DNA of 64,000 bases from Yuukianura sp. NJ FZ-2021 (lineage: Eukaryota): positions 1,922,001 through 1,986,000 of the forward strand of contig CM102288.1 in NCBI GenBank assembly GCA_046563655.1, in the 5' to 3' direction. A model generated the notes under the pieces. That model was given only the letters and a program-made list of their open reading frames with translations, made no database searches and was not told where the DNA came from. Of the stretch, positions 20,925 to 38,738 are shown in pieces (positions within the stretch are counted from its first letter, which is position 1; every line of letters begins with the position of its first letter). Both the position numbers and the translations under genes were made by a program.

Positions 20925-22984
20925 TTTGGTAAGTAAAACTGAAAAATGCACTTTTGGGACAAAAATTTCTAAAGTTTTTTGAAATTTCAGAAATCCAAAA
21001 TCCGGACAGACACTTTTTGTGAAACTGAAGTGAAGGTTTAGTGTTGGAGTGATTGAAAAGCGTTGAAGAGTGAACTTGAAGCGGAGGCGGAAGGGAGGAA
21101 ATATCCGGGAAAACCACAAAAGGACTGGAAACTTTCCTTGGAATTCCGTCCGACTCAGGGTGCGGTCCGTCGTGGGAATGAGTTGACGCTGACGCTGGAA
21201 AGTTGGAACTGGAACTGAAAAATGTTCTGGAAGGAGCGCTTTCTTTTGAAATTGGAACTTGTGGAGTTGAGTTCAAGTGGGTTATGAGAGCCTGGATATT
21301 CTTCTGAAGATGAGCTGTATAGTTTCTATTGTTTGGTTGATGATATTTGCGTGCAAGTATTTGTTCTCTTCCTGATCGGAATGGAGAATGAGAATTCCAA
21401 TTGAAAATGAATGGACTGGAACTATTTTGCCCGGGTTTGCTGAAATTTCTCTGTGAAATGAAAATTTCACCGGCCGAGAGATGAAGAAGACGTTGAGATG
21501 CGGCTGGAATTTAGGGTTACTGCTTTTGACGCCTCTCAATTATCTGCCCACATTCCACAGAGATCCTCACTTCAGAAGCGTCAGAACAGAAGCAGCAGGG
21601 TCTAAAACTGTTCAAATGAAAAAGAAAGTGAGGAGTGAAAGTTAAAAAAGCAAAAAAAAAGTGATGGAGGGTAGTGAAAGTTGAAAAAAAAGTCTAAGCA
21701 AATAGGCCAACGTTATAAAAAAAAATGAACTTTATGGAATTTTTTTTTTTTGCATTTTTTTTTTAAATAAAAATTAGAAACTGTTGTTTCGTTTGAAATT
21801 TGTTGATTGGAAATACTGTATACGTTTGAACATTGGATTTCTGCAAAAATGTTGAAGGATTAGATTCATCACTTTTTTTAATGACGAATTTTGACGTTTC
21901 AAAGGTCGCAATTCATACCATGGCAGAGACTAAACTTTTTTTTTGAAATCTCAAATTTCAATTTACTATGTTATTCATATGTAGAATGGTGTCCAAAAAA
22001 TATCAAATACTAAAATCCACATCGTGTTTGTAGCGATGCCGCTGCAATGAAAAGCGACCGCTTCGACGCTGCAGGCTGACCTCTGAATGCACCGAAAACG
22101 AAGAAGTCTGCGCGAAAACTTTCACTTTTCACTTCAGCCCTCTAGGTTCACTTTTCAAAAGTTTTCTCAAATAAAAAGTGACATTGAACAGGAAAAACAA
22201 GACTTTTCTTTCATTACGAACTTTCTATAAAAGTGAGGAACTTTTTTAGTTAGTTTTTTTGTGACTTTTTAAAATTAAAATACTTTCTTCAGTTACATAG
22301 CTTATTTCGCGAGGTCACTTTCACTAACTATGCTTTCCGAGGGTGAGATTCACATATGTCAACGTTCTTGAAGGTCACACGAAAGTCACCGGATGACTTT
22401 CATTTTAAATTTTCAGATTTTTTCAAATCTTTTGAACAATGAAACTTCTATTTTGTACTTTTCAGTTTATGAAAAAGTTGTTCATAGTCCCCAGAGTATA
22501 ACATTTTTCAAGGATTTTTATTCATTCTTCTCTTTCAATTTGAGTTTGGAATCTTTTGTAAAATAGTGGAAGGAGGTCAGAGGTCAAGGGGTGATTGGAG
22601 TTGATGTTCTTTGAGTTCTTCCCTTCGCCCATGTATTTAGTACATGTGGGTGCTTGTCCTTTGGACATGATTTGTGACCCTGTGTCTCTCCAATGATGGA
22701 TGTGAATTTCCTATTGTTAGAGTAAAGATGTCCTCGTGTTGTTTGTAGGTGGATTCACCTCATCATCCTCATCCTTCTCAATTGCAGACTCCCAGGGAGC
22801 CCTTAAGTCCCTCCAACAGATCCCTTTGTTCTCAGCAGTCCTAATCACAAGTATTTCCTAGCAGATCCTTAGCCTTCCTTGTTCTTCCAAGTCCCAGGAC
22901 CCTTGACTTGCACCCCACGAATTGAGGAGGAGGAGGGGGGGGGGTACTTGAATTGGTGAAGGGGGGGGTACTTGAAAATTGCGA

Positions 22985-26236
<3,252 letters not shown>

Positions 26237-29200
26237 CTTCAGGAACTCTACCAAAATTCTCAAAAGATCACTTGACCTTTGACCTCAAATCACTTTCACC
26301 TCACTTCAACTTTACTTAATTGTATCAAAAATTTAAAAACTTCCAAAATTTTGAAGTTGTTGGCCGCTCTGAGTCGATTGTTGGTGTGAATTGAAATTGA
26401 TACTTCCCAGGCGTCAAGCCGTCTCTCTATTTCAAGTTCCCCGCGAGATGGGTGCCTCCAGGGAGGTCCAACCAAGGTACACACTTAGCACCTAACATTC
26501 AAACTTACATAGGTTAACTTGTGTGATACTTGCAGCATCCGTGTAACTTACTTCACAGATTCACACATTTACATGAGAGTCACCCAAGGGAGGATTTCAC
26601 CCCAAGCTCCGCCCCTTTTCAAAAGTTTACATAGGCCAAGGGCGGGTTTCTCCCTCCAAATTAGCCCGCCCTTCACTCTTTCTCCCTAATTCAAGCGGGT
26701 GAAAGTTAGTTTCAGCTTAATTTTTCATGTTAGGTTATGTTAGGCTATGGCTAAGCGTGAGAGCTCTGCCTTGTCATGTGTCCACTCACTTTGGCTTGTC
26801 CAACACCCAGCGAAAGACCAAATAAGGAGCCGACAGACAGAGATTTATGGGCCCATAGGCAGAGACACATAGAGCTTCGAATCTTCCTTGCTCATTAACA
26901 CCTTGAAACTTCTCAGAAGATGAAATCCCTTTAAGAGTAGAGGAGTTTTGAATCTGAGGTTAACTTTTTAAAGATCTCAGAGATTCAGAATGAATCAGAG
27001 AGGAAGTGTTGTGGTGGACGGGTGGGGTCCCTGTGGTGACCGACCGAACAAATTCCGAACCCACCGCAGCGGCACGCACTCCTGGTCGCTGCAGTTCCTG
27101 CTCAAGTCAAAGAATTTCATGTTGAAAACAATAGACTTTCAAAGAAACTGAGGAATTTGAAAAAATTAGACAATGGGTGAAGCTAAAACGCTTGACTTTA
27201 ACAATGAAATTTTGAGAGAAGCGGATATGAGCGAAACGCATGCGCGTGAGAAAGTCCCGAAAGCTGGAATTCCTGGAAGGGCTCCAGAGGTCAGAATTCC
27301 AGCTGGAGAAGATGTCCAGGGGTCATTGTGACCTCAAACGTTTAGGTTTGTCTATTGTTAGGTGTTGTAAGGGAGATTTGTTAGTTTGATTGTTGTGGAG
27401 GGAAGATGAAAGACGGCGGTCGGTGTGGTCCCTTTGGTTGTGTTATGTCCATTGAGGAATGGAAATGAAGGGAACAAAGACAGAATCTCCATAGAGGCTC
27501 GATTATTATTGAAGGGCCCCCCTTTTGACTCTTGCCGACTGTTGACACTTGGCTCAGCCCCCCTTCCAGGCCTTAGGTTGGGCCCTTAAGGTCCACGAGA
27601 CTGACTTTTAGTCCGGTAGGTCCATTGATACTTTCAGGCTTTCAGGGAACGCTTAACAACAATCAACGCCTAATTACTGTACATATCAAATTTTAACAAA
27701 AACCCAAAAAGTACTACAAAAGGTAACGAAAAACACAAAATAGTGCCAAAAAATCAAAATTTGAACAGTTTCGTTTTCCTTTTCATTTTTATTATAAAAA
27801 TTTCTTCAATTTTGAAAAAAAAATTAAAACCTGAGAAGAACCTAACCTAACCTGACAAGAATCTAATGAAACTTTGATATATTTTTTAAACACAAAAAAA
27901 ATAAGCCAGTGGATGAATCCGAAATTTTTGAAAAACCAGAAACTATTTAGCACAAATTTTTTGTCAGTTTCATTTTTTGTGCTAAGTTGCGTACCAAAAA
28001 GTCCGTGTAGAGCGTTAAGGTATTAAGTTTTTAATTGATCCTGAAACCGTGAGTTTTGTTAAGTGCCAAGGAGTGCGGAGAGTGTTGATTGGATTAGTTG
28101 CGTCCAATTTGTAGAGTGATGGACTTGATATTCGTGCCCTTCAAGGGTCCTAGTCGTCTAAGGAGCCGTGACTTTATGCATTTTGGACCACAAAAATTCA
28201 ATCTACACGCAAAATTATCCACGCACAAAACTCAAAAACATAAATTTTGTGTATCATCTTCCATTTCTTTTTTAAATTCCTCACATTGGGCTTCTTTTAC
28301 TTCAAATCCACTCGAAATTAATCGTTCCAATTTCTTTGTAAAATTGAGCAAATTTGATAGTTACTCATCTTCTATAGTTCACTGCGGCATAAAATTTCTA
28401 CGTCGTAAATTTTAAGTTTTAGCGGGTGTACGACGACGGACCATTTAGCAGCAGTTTCTGACTCGTTTTTGGCATATGATGTGTCAAAGGCTTTTAAGTT
28501 TTTTGTTAGTAGCGGGAGAATTGAATTTATCATGTCGTGAATTCGTAGGAAAAAGACAAGATTTGTTCCGGATTAAGAAAGGGAAGTTTCTTCCCTGATT
28601 TATGCCTCCTTCCAACAATCACTCCAACAAACAACAAGAAATTCTAACGTCAATCCCAAACCATTGTGTAAGCAGAAAAAAATTTAGTAGGGTTACCGAA
28701 TAAGTCACTTTTTCAACTTTACCCCCCACCCCCACTTTTTTACAAACCAAAAGTCATCTACACCTTTAAAAGTATACAAAGTTTGGCAAAAACTTCAAAA
28801 CGGGAGAAAATATTTGTACTTATTCCATCATACACGCCGGTAAAAAAAAACAAATTTTTGGTATTAAATAAATCCAGCGAATTGTAAAGTTACACGCTTT
28901 CTTCACCGACTTCCTAACATTCTTGTTTCAATTTTGTTCTGTTTTTTTTTTTTTGTTGTTTTTTTTTTTGGAATTTCAAATTTTGAATTTGCTTTATTTT
29001 CAAGTTGAAATAATGAAAGAAAATTCAAAAGTTGAAAATTTCAACTCTTCGGAGACTTCTGACTCGAAAACATTTCAATATTTTTTAACAACACGATTTT
29101 TCAGTTGAAAATAAGAAAAGTTGTGTTTTAGAAAGTTTGCGTTAGGTTTATTAATTTTCGTTCTTTAGTGTTTCTGAATCTAAAAAAATTTCGTAACGAT

Positions 29201-32200
29201 TGGTGAAGCTTATTTATTTGAGGGCCCTTTAGAGACTTAAGGGCTCCCATTTTCACAAACGTTGCCAAAAAATGGACGTCCTTATAAAGTTTTTTTTTCT
29301 CTGGGAACTTTTGAACTATACTTTAAGTCCTAACAGTTTCCACTGACGTGGAATGGTTCCAAGGGCCCCCTTAATTTCCATCCATAGCTTTTTTAGATCC
29401 CTTCTGGAAGACAAAGGGCTCCACTGGGATAGGGAGTCCAGGGAGAGCCTTTTCCTGGTTTTGGAGAAAAGAATCCGGGTAGCCCTGATTCGTTGCGCCT
29501 GTCTCAGCGATCGTTCCTTTGCCAAAAATAGGGGGGACTTCAGTATACGTTCCAAGGGCTCGCGACATCTGGAGTCTCCACACTCCCTAAACGTTTAATT
29601 GGAACCGTGTCCAGTTTAGTCATGCTCAATTCTTAAGTACCCTCCTAGGTTCCCTTGGCCAATGAAATACGAATCATTCTCACCATTTGCATCATTGGGC
29701 CATTTTCTATTCCATCTAAGGGCCGCGGGTACCCTTAGCTATCCTAAATTTAACAATAGGTCAAACTCTCCGAATAAGCAATGAGCAAAATGTTCATGCT
29801 TCTGGTTCAGGGAGCGTTTTAGTTAAATCGCTACCATCGTTCTCCCCACCCTCCACGCTCATTTTGAGTTTTCAAGGGGAGGGGGCCCTTTGCTCATTTT
29901 TTTTCGAAAATTGAGCGAAGCTGATGAGACCTGGTTAGGAACCGAGAAGAAGTGGCTTGAAATTTACCGTTTTCTTGATTCGGATTTAGCCAGCATCTAG
30001 AATCAATTGGATTAGGCTAAAGTTTAGAACAAATTAACAAGCTTGCAGTAGCGATTAACTGCGCTTGTTCAAACTCAATGAAACAGAAGCTCACAAAATT
30101 TCAAAAGACGAAAGAAAGTCCAATTGAATTTGAAATTTCGAAACAAAAAAGGCTTTTGAAAAGTAATGAAGCAAATTGAGGAAGCCAATGAAGCAATTCT
30201 CTCCAACTTCAATCAAAAGTCAAGTCACTCTCTTCAATTTCAATTTGAAGTTACACTGTGAATTTGAATCACACCTTGTAATTTTCAAAGTGTAAAAATG
30301 CGCAGACGCAGATGAAGTAACGCTTTGTACCCCTGGTGGTACCAAACCCGTTTTTCAAGCTCAATTGACCTCTGACCTCTCTGGCTACCGCTCTAAGGCA
30401 TCCTAACATTACTCAAAACTGAAACAAAATCACTTTGTAACTTTTTTGAAAAATTTATTTGTAACGGTAACACTTTCATACCTACCGCAGAGACACTTTT
30501 TCTTCCTGAACTCCGCCTCCAAAACACTTAGCACAGCACTTGAGGCTTTTATAAAAAAAAAAAAAAGGCAAATGAAGACAGGAAAAAATGAAAAAAAAAT
30601 TATGAAATAAGGGCTCGTGCCAACCGTCTCATTAGGAACGGGAAGCTCAGAAATTAAGGTGAAAGTGGGCGTGGTGGCTTTTGTCTTGGTTTGTATTGTT
30701 TTTTCTGTTGTAAACAATTTCCTGGTGCCAGAGTGTCTGAAGGATCCAGACGAGAGCCCTTAAGGGCACCCCCACCTCCCCTCTCTTACTTGAACATTTT
30801 TATTGTCTTTTTTTGAATTCTTTTAGTAAGTTGAGGTTGCAGGTGCCTCGGTATGCAATCAACTGAAGATGAAGTTCAATCATAAAATTATGAACTAAAG
30901 TTATGCTGCACTTAAAGGAAATGGCAATCTGCAAAAAAATTACTACTTGCAATTCTTGTTTTGCAAAAGACCTCAAGCAGCGTTTTTTGTGAAGATACGA
31001 TACAATAGTTTGCAAAATTGGAAGGGAGAGCTTTATGTTTTCAAATGTTTTATGAACGTTGGAAATAGCTTTTTGGTGATTGTTGCTTAATAATAAGAAG
31101 GAGGACTTAAGTACCCACCCCTTGGTTGCAATGTAACAAAAGAAACTAAAAATGCATCCACCACAACCGCCAGTATGAAGCTGGAGTTAGTTGATTCTTG
31201 ACCTGCATTTGCCCTCGGACGGACTCAAAGACTCCGCCGGGTGGCTCTGCGGGGAGCCGTCAAATTCAATCTTTTCACTTTTTTAAGAAAAAAAGAGAAG
31301 CTTTTCAAATTTTAATATTAAGAAAAATAAATTCAAAAAAATATGTAGAATCAAAAATTCAAAAATTTCAAAAAAATAATCTTAAAATTCTCGTCAAAAT
31401 CAACCTTAACAAGATATCGAACCTGGAAAAAACAGATACTCCGAAAATACTAAAAACTAAAAAAGTTTTTCTTTGAATGCCGTTAAAGTCTGACAAAAAA
31501 TTAAATTTAGCTAGATTGTGAAAAATTCATGTAATTTTCCAAAGATTTTCGTTGGCCAAGTAATTTGTATCTAAAATTTTGAAACGGTTTGAGAAGGTCA
31601 AGGTCATCCAACTATGAAGTACCCCCTCGTTGAAGCTCGTTCAAGTACCCCCTATCCTCTTATTTAGATTAGGTTTGGTGGAATTTGTCATTTTTGAAGG
31701 GGGCCCTTGGGAGTTAGACAGAGACTGATATTTTTCGCATGCTTGAAGATGTATTGAAGAAGAAGATGTAGCAGGTTCGTGGTCCATAAAAGATTGAAGA
31801 TGAAGATGATGGTCCAAATGGATGTTCGGCTCCAAATTCCCTTCCTGTCCATTTGATCTTGGACGTTTTAAGGCCACCCAAGACGGATAAGATCAGCACA
31901 TCTTGGCATCTTTTCAACCTTAAGTGAGCAGAAACATCTCCTCTTTCTCTTGCATCATCTCCTTCAGTTAGGCTATTCAAGCCATGCTTAAGTTCTATGT
32001 ATCTGTATCACAGAGTTTCGGGAATTCTGAAATTTCGAAACCTTTGGTATTTTGATCTTTTATTTTGAGATTCTCTAGTGTCTTTGATATGGAGACTTCA
32101 AAAAAGAAAGTCGAGTGTAATATGGGGTCGTTGCCACTAGAAGAACAAAAAGGCATCTCTCATCTTCTTGCTCCTCATCCTTGGTCTTCTGCTTCTCTCT

Positions 32201-32589
32201 CTAGGATTCTTCATCTTGATTAGGTTAAGTTAACCTAACATTTAACAGATGAATTACTAAAAATTAAATTCTGTCAAGAGTCAAGGATGAGAGCACTAAC
32301 CTAACTTTTAACTAACCTAAGTTAATAACATTTTAAACATTAAACATGTTATTTCTTTGATTTTCTATCGTTACACTTTAAGTTGCCTAAGTTCTCTTTT
32401 CCTAAAAGTAGAATTAGTTAATAGTATTGCTCTCTGTGTGTCTGTGTGTCCTTCTGTCCGGTTCTCGGGTGCCACCGAATATGTCTTTTCTGGAGTAAAT
32501 CGCCTTGAGCCACGTTCCAGTTTCCCGGGATTTTTTAAAAAGTCGAGTTTTTTAAGTTGTTACCCCCCGACTTTTCTTCTCTGCCCGCA

Positions 32590-35500
32590 TCAAGTGCCTG
32601 TGGAAAGTGGAAATGGGGTGCTGGAGACAATGAGTTCTTCGATGCCGAATTTGGGACAGTGGAGGTATCCGTATTCAAAGAGAAGTGAAATTCCCAAGAA
32701 GACAAAGTACAGAAGAAACATTACTAGGCCGAGCCCCTTGTTCATTTTCCAACGGAAGAGCATGATGGACAGCACCACGAAGACAAGCATCCCTGAAATA
32801 TTTTAAAAACAAGCGTTTTCAGAAATCTGATTTTTAGGATTTAGAAATTTCATTTTTGAGACGTACCGAAAAGGATTGCGACTGAGCAGAGCATGCCCTT
32901 AGCCTGGAAACAAAATTCAAAAATTAAGTTATTGTCGAATTTTGCCTGAATTTGTGTTATCCTGAACTATAAATTCTGAACTTAATTAATCAAAATTTAG
33001 TTAAATTAGATCAATTAAGTAAAATTTGACTAATTTGCGAACCTGGACTTTGATAGCGTGACCTTCCCAGAGAGTGTATAAGAGCCACGGAAGTGGAAGC
33101 CCCACGCACACCTAAAAATTTTCAAAGAATCAAAAAACTTTTCATGTCAGTTTAATATCCTGACTTCAGTGTCATCCCAGAACAATTTTATTAACCAACC
33201 GTCCATTCATGAAACGTCAGAGGTCAAAAGGTCAATCCAAAAATCAATGTTTAAGTTACAAGAACTTACATCGAAGATGTTTGAGCCTATGGAACTAGAA
33301 ACAGCCATGTCCCCGAGGCCTTTCCGTGCCACAATTACGGAAGTGATCAGATCCGGAATTGACGTTCCTGTAACAAGTTTTAGTGAAAAGAAAGAAAAAG
33401 AGAAAGGAAATGATTAAAATGAATCATCTTTCATCGATTGTTCAAGGATTGCAATTTGCAATCCATCATAAAATTGATCCAAAAATTTTCCCTAGAGTCA
33501 ATTTGTTTCGCAAAAAACGAAACAAAGCCAAAACTCGCGAACAAACTTTTTTTTTTGCAAAGGACACACGCGAATCCATTTGCCCCCGAAATTTTCTACG
33601 CCTCCTCAATTTTCCAAGTAAAAGTCAATCAACAAAGGTGAAACGAAATACTACGCCCAGTTACTCGATAAAGTCTACAAACACTAGTACTTTTAGTACT
33701 GCCTTAGTACTAGTTATAGTATTAAAGGAACAAAGGAAAACCTAACCGCATAGTTTTTGTTAGGATGAAAGATGAGAAACTCACCCGCTGCCAAGAACGT
33801 CAGGCCCATGATCTATAAGTTCCCGCAAAAACACAGAAAAGAAAGAAAATACCCGGGTTAGATCCATATAACAAAGTTTTTGCAAAGAATATAATTTACT
33901 CTAACCCCAAAAAACGAATAAACCAAAACCAGAGAAAAAATTTTTTGATCATTAGTGGGAAAAGCATTAGAGTCAACAGAAAACGGAGCTGGAAGGTTTT
34001 TCTGAACATCAGCAGAGAGCAGCGTCCTTGCCAACAAATTTGGCCTTGAAGGGAAAGTCAATTGGAGAAAGCAAACTTTCCCTCGTTTTTTTTTTCAAAA
34101 ATTTTCTACCCGCCGGAAACTTGGAATTGCCTGCCTTTTCCCCTCCCCGCTGCTACTTCGCTATCGCTGCTGCTGCTGCTACTCTAGTAGCTCCGTTCAT
34201 TCCGAAACTTTTACCATCGATTTTGAGTATACTCGCTTTCCAGAAATCCAGAAATACTACACCACCAAGCACCTAACATAACGCAGTGAAAGTTGTATTC
34301 ATGCCGTTCTTATCTTGTTAGCCTAACGTTGGTTCGGTAGAGTCCAAGGTTTGTTGACTTTAATTCTCTTTAACAGGTTGGGCAATACCACGTGTATTTT
34401 AGATTTTGCAAAGAAAGTGTCTTTTCATTTCAGGGTATCGTAGTCATACAGGGTGGGCCTTTAATCTCCTTACCCTCTTTCTTTTCTTCTCACTATTGTC
34501 ATAAGAAACTCATGTGAGAGTTTCTCTTTCTTTCACTTGGGTACGGAGATTAAAGGCCCACCCTGTAAAAATACAGCCGAATTTTTCAAATTTTGCGTAC
34601 GAATTGGTAGAAATTTTTCGGATTGGTATTAAAATTGATACCAATTTTTGTTCTTTTCGTTTTTCTGTCAACAATGGAGGTAGTACCCACCTTGTTAAAG
34701 AAAATTTTTTCGTTGTCAAGGAACCTTGGGTGGAGTTAGAGTTGAGTCGATGAGAGCCGGAAAAGCATTTTGTCTGGAGCGACAGGGTTTGAAAGGCTTT
34801 TTAGAAATGGAATAAAATGACGGTAGAAGATTCATTGATTGTAGGAGAAAAGTGCTGGACTAAGGATAGACTATTGTTAGATAGGAGTTGCATAATTTGA
34901 GTCAAGAGGGAATCGATTTCTCTATTGCTCCACTTCCACTAGTACTTTCTCTCCTTTCACCAGTTAGAAACAGATCCCTGGTGATGGTAAGCTAGATATC
35001 AGAGTCCTGCCAGGGAAAGGCTTTGCTGATGGAAGCCTCATTCTGGAAGGCCTAAGCTCCCCTCTTTCAAGTTACGTTTTGGTTTTCTGTTTCAGAATTC
35101 TCTAGTATAAGACTAAGATGCTAGCTGTGTCTAAGAAAGTTTTGGTAGAGAGAGAAAGAGTTGACATACTTCTGGGGGAATGGAGAAAGTTTCGCCAGTA
35201 CGATCCGCCCACCAGACCATAAAGTAGCTGAAGATGGCTGTAAGGAGAAGAAAAGAGAGAAAACGGAAATTAGACGACGGGACGATTTTAGACTTTTTAG
35301 AAAGAAAACAATTCTTTGGAAGCATCACAAAAGAGCGCTGGGATTTTAAAAAAGTGAAAAGAGGAGAGAAAGTTCTTAATTCCTAACAAAAGAAAATGTT
35401 TGGCTAAAGAGAGGCGGAGCTCAGAACAATGTTTTTGGCCAAAAATGGCTAAATGCCAAACAACTCAAGCGTTGTACATGCTATTTTTTTGAAAAGAAAA

Positions 35501-38500
35501 AAAAATGCGGGAACCTTGAAAGTACTTCGCAGGAAATCGCTCGAGCGTTTACCATTTGCCAAAAAAAAACAAGATTTTTATCTCGATGATGCACTTAAAC
35601 TGTCTACCAAGCACAAAACATAGAAAAACGTTTTCAAAATTTGAATTTTTTAAACATTTTAGCTATGGAGGGATCTTGCTGGCAAAATGACTTTAACTTT
35701 TCATGCGTTAAAAAACGTTTCGCGAATTAAAAACCGTAGTTTTCGCTAATTAAAAACTAAATCAAAAATTTAAAAAAAAAATACGGCCAAAAACTGGTTT
35801 TTAATTCGCCAAACGTTTTTTTAAAACGCGAAAAGTAATAATTTTGTATATAATTTTATTTACAAAAGTATACATTTTTTTTTATATAATTTTAAATATT
35901 TTTTATATAATTTCAAAATTATATCATTTTATATAGAAAAGTATAATTTCTGAAAAGTACTTTTCAAAAATTATATACTTTGTGGAAAAATTACATAAGT
36001 ATATAATTTTTGCGAAAAGTATATAATTTTGCCACCAAGATCCCTCCATATTTAGCAGTTTTCCAAAATTCTAAAAACTCCTAGAATTTTCAGTTTTATG
36101 TAAAAAAAATGTTAAGTTAATTTTTGCTTTACCAATCCATAGTATGGATCCAAGGAACCCCCAGATGAAAAACCTCTTCCCCCGGGGGGTTCGCGTGTCA
36201 GGTAACGTCATGTACAGGAAAATCATAATTGGGAAGAGCAGTACATAGGATACTTGTTTCTTCCAGCCTTTTGGCCAAGAGATGTCCAGTGGCTCGTGAC
36301 CTTCGACCTGCGCTTCTTCCAGCGCCGCTAACTCTTCAGCCGTCGGAGCATCTCCATTGACCCCACGCTCTTCAATGTCAACTGTCGTCAGGGTTCCATC
36401 GGCTGGTTGGACCGATTGAGGATAATGTGAAGGTGGAACATTAGGTTTCGCCTGATTGTTTCCACTAACGGTAGTGGAAGTATCAGCCTTGGCAGCATCC
36501 AGAAGTGCTTTGAGACTAGCAATAGCATGGAGTTGAGTAGCCTTTTCGTCAACTCTGCCCTCATGCAGTGGATCAATTGACTGGATCATTAATTGGAGCA
36601 GACCGTGACGGAATTTGGTGCCAGAGTGGAGTAGGGGAATGGAATTGCGACGACCACTGGCGCTGATTGGTGGGCGGAGAGCACTTCCACCACCATCAGA
36701 TCCACCACTTACAGTTTGCACTGACGCTACACTGCTCGACCCACCGTCACCACTCTTCTGTCAATCAAAAAATACATCAACCATTGTAACATTAGTGCCA
36801 ATCAATTCATAAAATTCGGACACTCCCCTTGACATTTCCTTGGAATCTAAATTATTCCTCCCCAAAAGCGTTACAATCAATTTCTCCAATGGACAACTTA
36901 GAAAACTTTACTTTCTCCTAAAAAACAACTTTTTCGGTGCAAAAAACTGTTTTCTCCACTTTGTTTTTTCACTTTTTAATGAAAAATCAACAATTCCTTT
37001 TTAAGTTCTGACCAATCCACTTTAAGAGGAAATGAAATTTTGGAAAATTTGAAATTTTTAATCTAATTTTGTACTTTTAAAGATCAAAATTTTGAACTCA
37101 CTGAAACCATAAGATGATCAGTAGAAGAGACGCGCGTAACCCGGTTTTTGTAAAGTGCCTTTTTGATCTCTCTTTCGACAACTTGATTATACTTCATGAA
37201 GGAAACGTAGGCAGCGTAGATGAGAAGTAACGTCAGAGCCTCATACCAATGAATTTTGCTAAAAACAAAAAAAAATTGCGTTTTAGCAATGCAGAACCGG
37301 AAAACGATTTCCTAAAATAAAACTAAAGCGATTTCCATAAAAATACGCAACAAAATGATTAGGTTTGACCAACCTGTCATAGAAGAAGGCTATGAGCGTG
37401 AGGAGGGCAACGGAATAGAAGGAGCAATCACGAAACAGTGGCCACCAGGTCACTATATACACAAAAATGAAATAAAATAAGTTAATATTATAAATTAATC
37501 AATTAATATAATAAATTGGAGACGCTTACAGTGAAGAATCGTCTTGGAGAACAGAGCACACATTCCAATCACGAACAAAATATTAAATACGGCACTGCCT
37601 ATGGTAGAAATGGACAAGAAAAAAGCGGGTAACTTGGACAATCCAATATCAAATCAATTATTTAGTCAGCATTAATTAAATGACGGACTCCGCCTTTGTG
37701 GGTCTCAAAATTGCAAAAGTCCAGAATAATCAAAAAGTGTCACAGTTTCAGTTTGATATTAGGCTAACAAAATGTGTAACCTAGCATTAAGTTAACCTAA
37801 CTTAAAAATATTAATCAAATAACCTAATATTAAGCTAACCTTACCAACAATAGTTCCAATTCCCACGTCATCATGTGAAATGAAAACTCCTATGACGCTT
37901 GTAAAAAGTTCGGGAGCTGAACCACCAGCTACAATTCACAAAAAATATAACTTTTGTTAAAAAATGCAACAAAAGCTACCGCCAATTTTCTGAAAATATA
38001 AGGTTTGAACAGCATTTTGGAAACTGGGTTCCTTTCCTTGTCTAAAAAAGCGTTTTCAAAATTAAACAAGCGTAACGTAGAAAGAAATGAAGAAATTCAG
38101 TGTTGGCTTTTCCCCGTTATTATTAATTTATAACTACGTAAAATATAAAAGGCAAAGTCTAACGATATTCATAATCATTTCGCAAAATATTTTCCAACTC
38201 ATGGGAAAAATTTACCTGCCATAAATGTAGCACCGGCAACATCATCCTGAAAAAAAAAATTATTGAGTGGAGTGTAAATTCAACTAGATTTAAAAAAAAA
38301 ACTGCACATTTAAAATCTTTTAAAACGTCTCAAATATATTAGTATTAGATAAAATTACATAAAAATGTATTATTATGTAATAAATTATTCCCATACCTGG
38401 ATTCCCAATTTTTCAATAATGACATCCAGAGATGGAACAAAGAATTCATCACAGACGATGGCCAGAGCCACAAACATGTAGCTCACCCCAAGAATGTACA

Positions 38501-38738
38501 GTATGACCCACCCTTGTCGCCTCTCCTCAACCGTAAACAAATCAGGCGGAAACAGTTGTCCTGACTTGTTAGTATCTGCTGGACGTGGATGTTGACTTGC
38601 AGTAGTATGAGGTACACCCAGCACTCCAGAGTCCAGGATCACAAGGCTTGGAAGGACCACAAACAGTAACAGTTTCTGCCAGCGGACTCTGTAGGCTGCC
38701 CTTCTCGCCCGCACCATTTTCCTTACACTGCACTCCAT
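32590..38738 (-). CDS. Nckx30C: K+-dependent Na+/Ca2+ exchanger (SLC24/NCKX, Nckx30C-like), multi-exon
   Basis: [19 protein letters not shown]...[14 protein letters not shown]. Alpha-1 repeat [17 protein letters not shown]. Alpha-2 repeat [41 protein letters not shown]. Confidence 0.88.
34449..34565. mobile_element. 117-bp Tc1/mariner-type MITE in an NCKX intron
   Basis: 27-bp TIRs CAGGGTGGGCCTTTAATCTCC(T/G)TACCC match at 26 of 27 positions. TA flanks both sides (34447-34448, 34566-34567). Confidence 0.8.
35664..36050. mobile_element. 387-bp MITE-like insertion in an NCKX intron
   Basis: 25-bp TIRs TATGGAGGGATCTTG(C/G)TGGCAAAAT match at 24 of 25 positions. Flanking direct repeat TTTAGC at 35658-35663 and 36051-36056. 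The interior is AT-rich with TATATAATTTT subrepeats. Confidence 0.8.

Noticed and set aside
34150..34272. Possible extra NCKX exon ([12 protein letters not shown]...AIAK-stop)
   Set aside because: It has no NCKX similarity, and the flanking exons ([13 protein letters not shown]) already join in frame.
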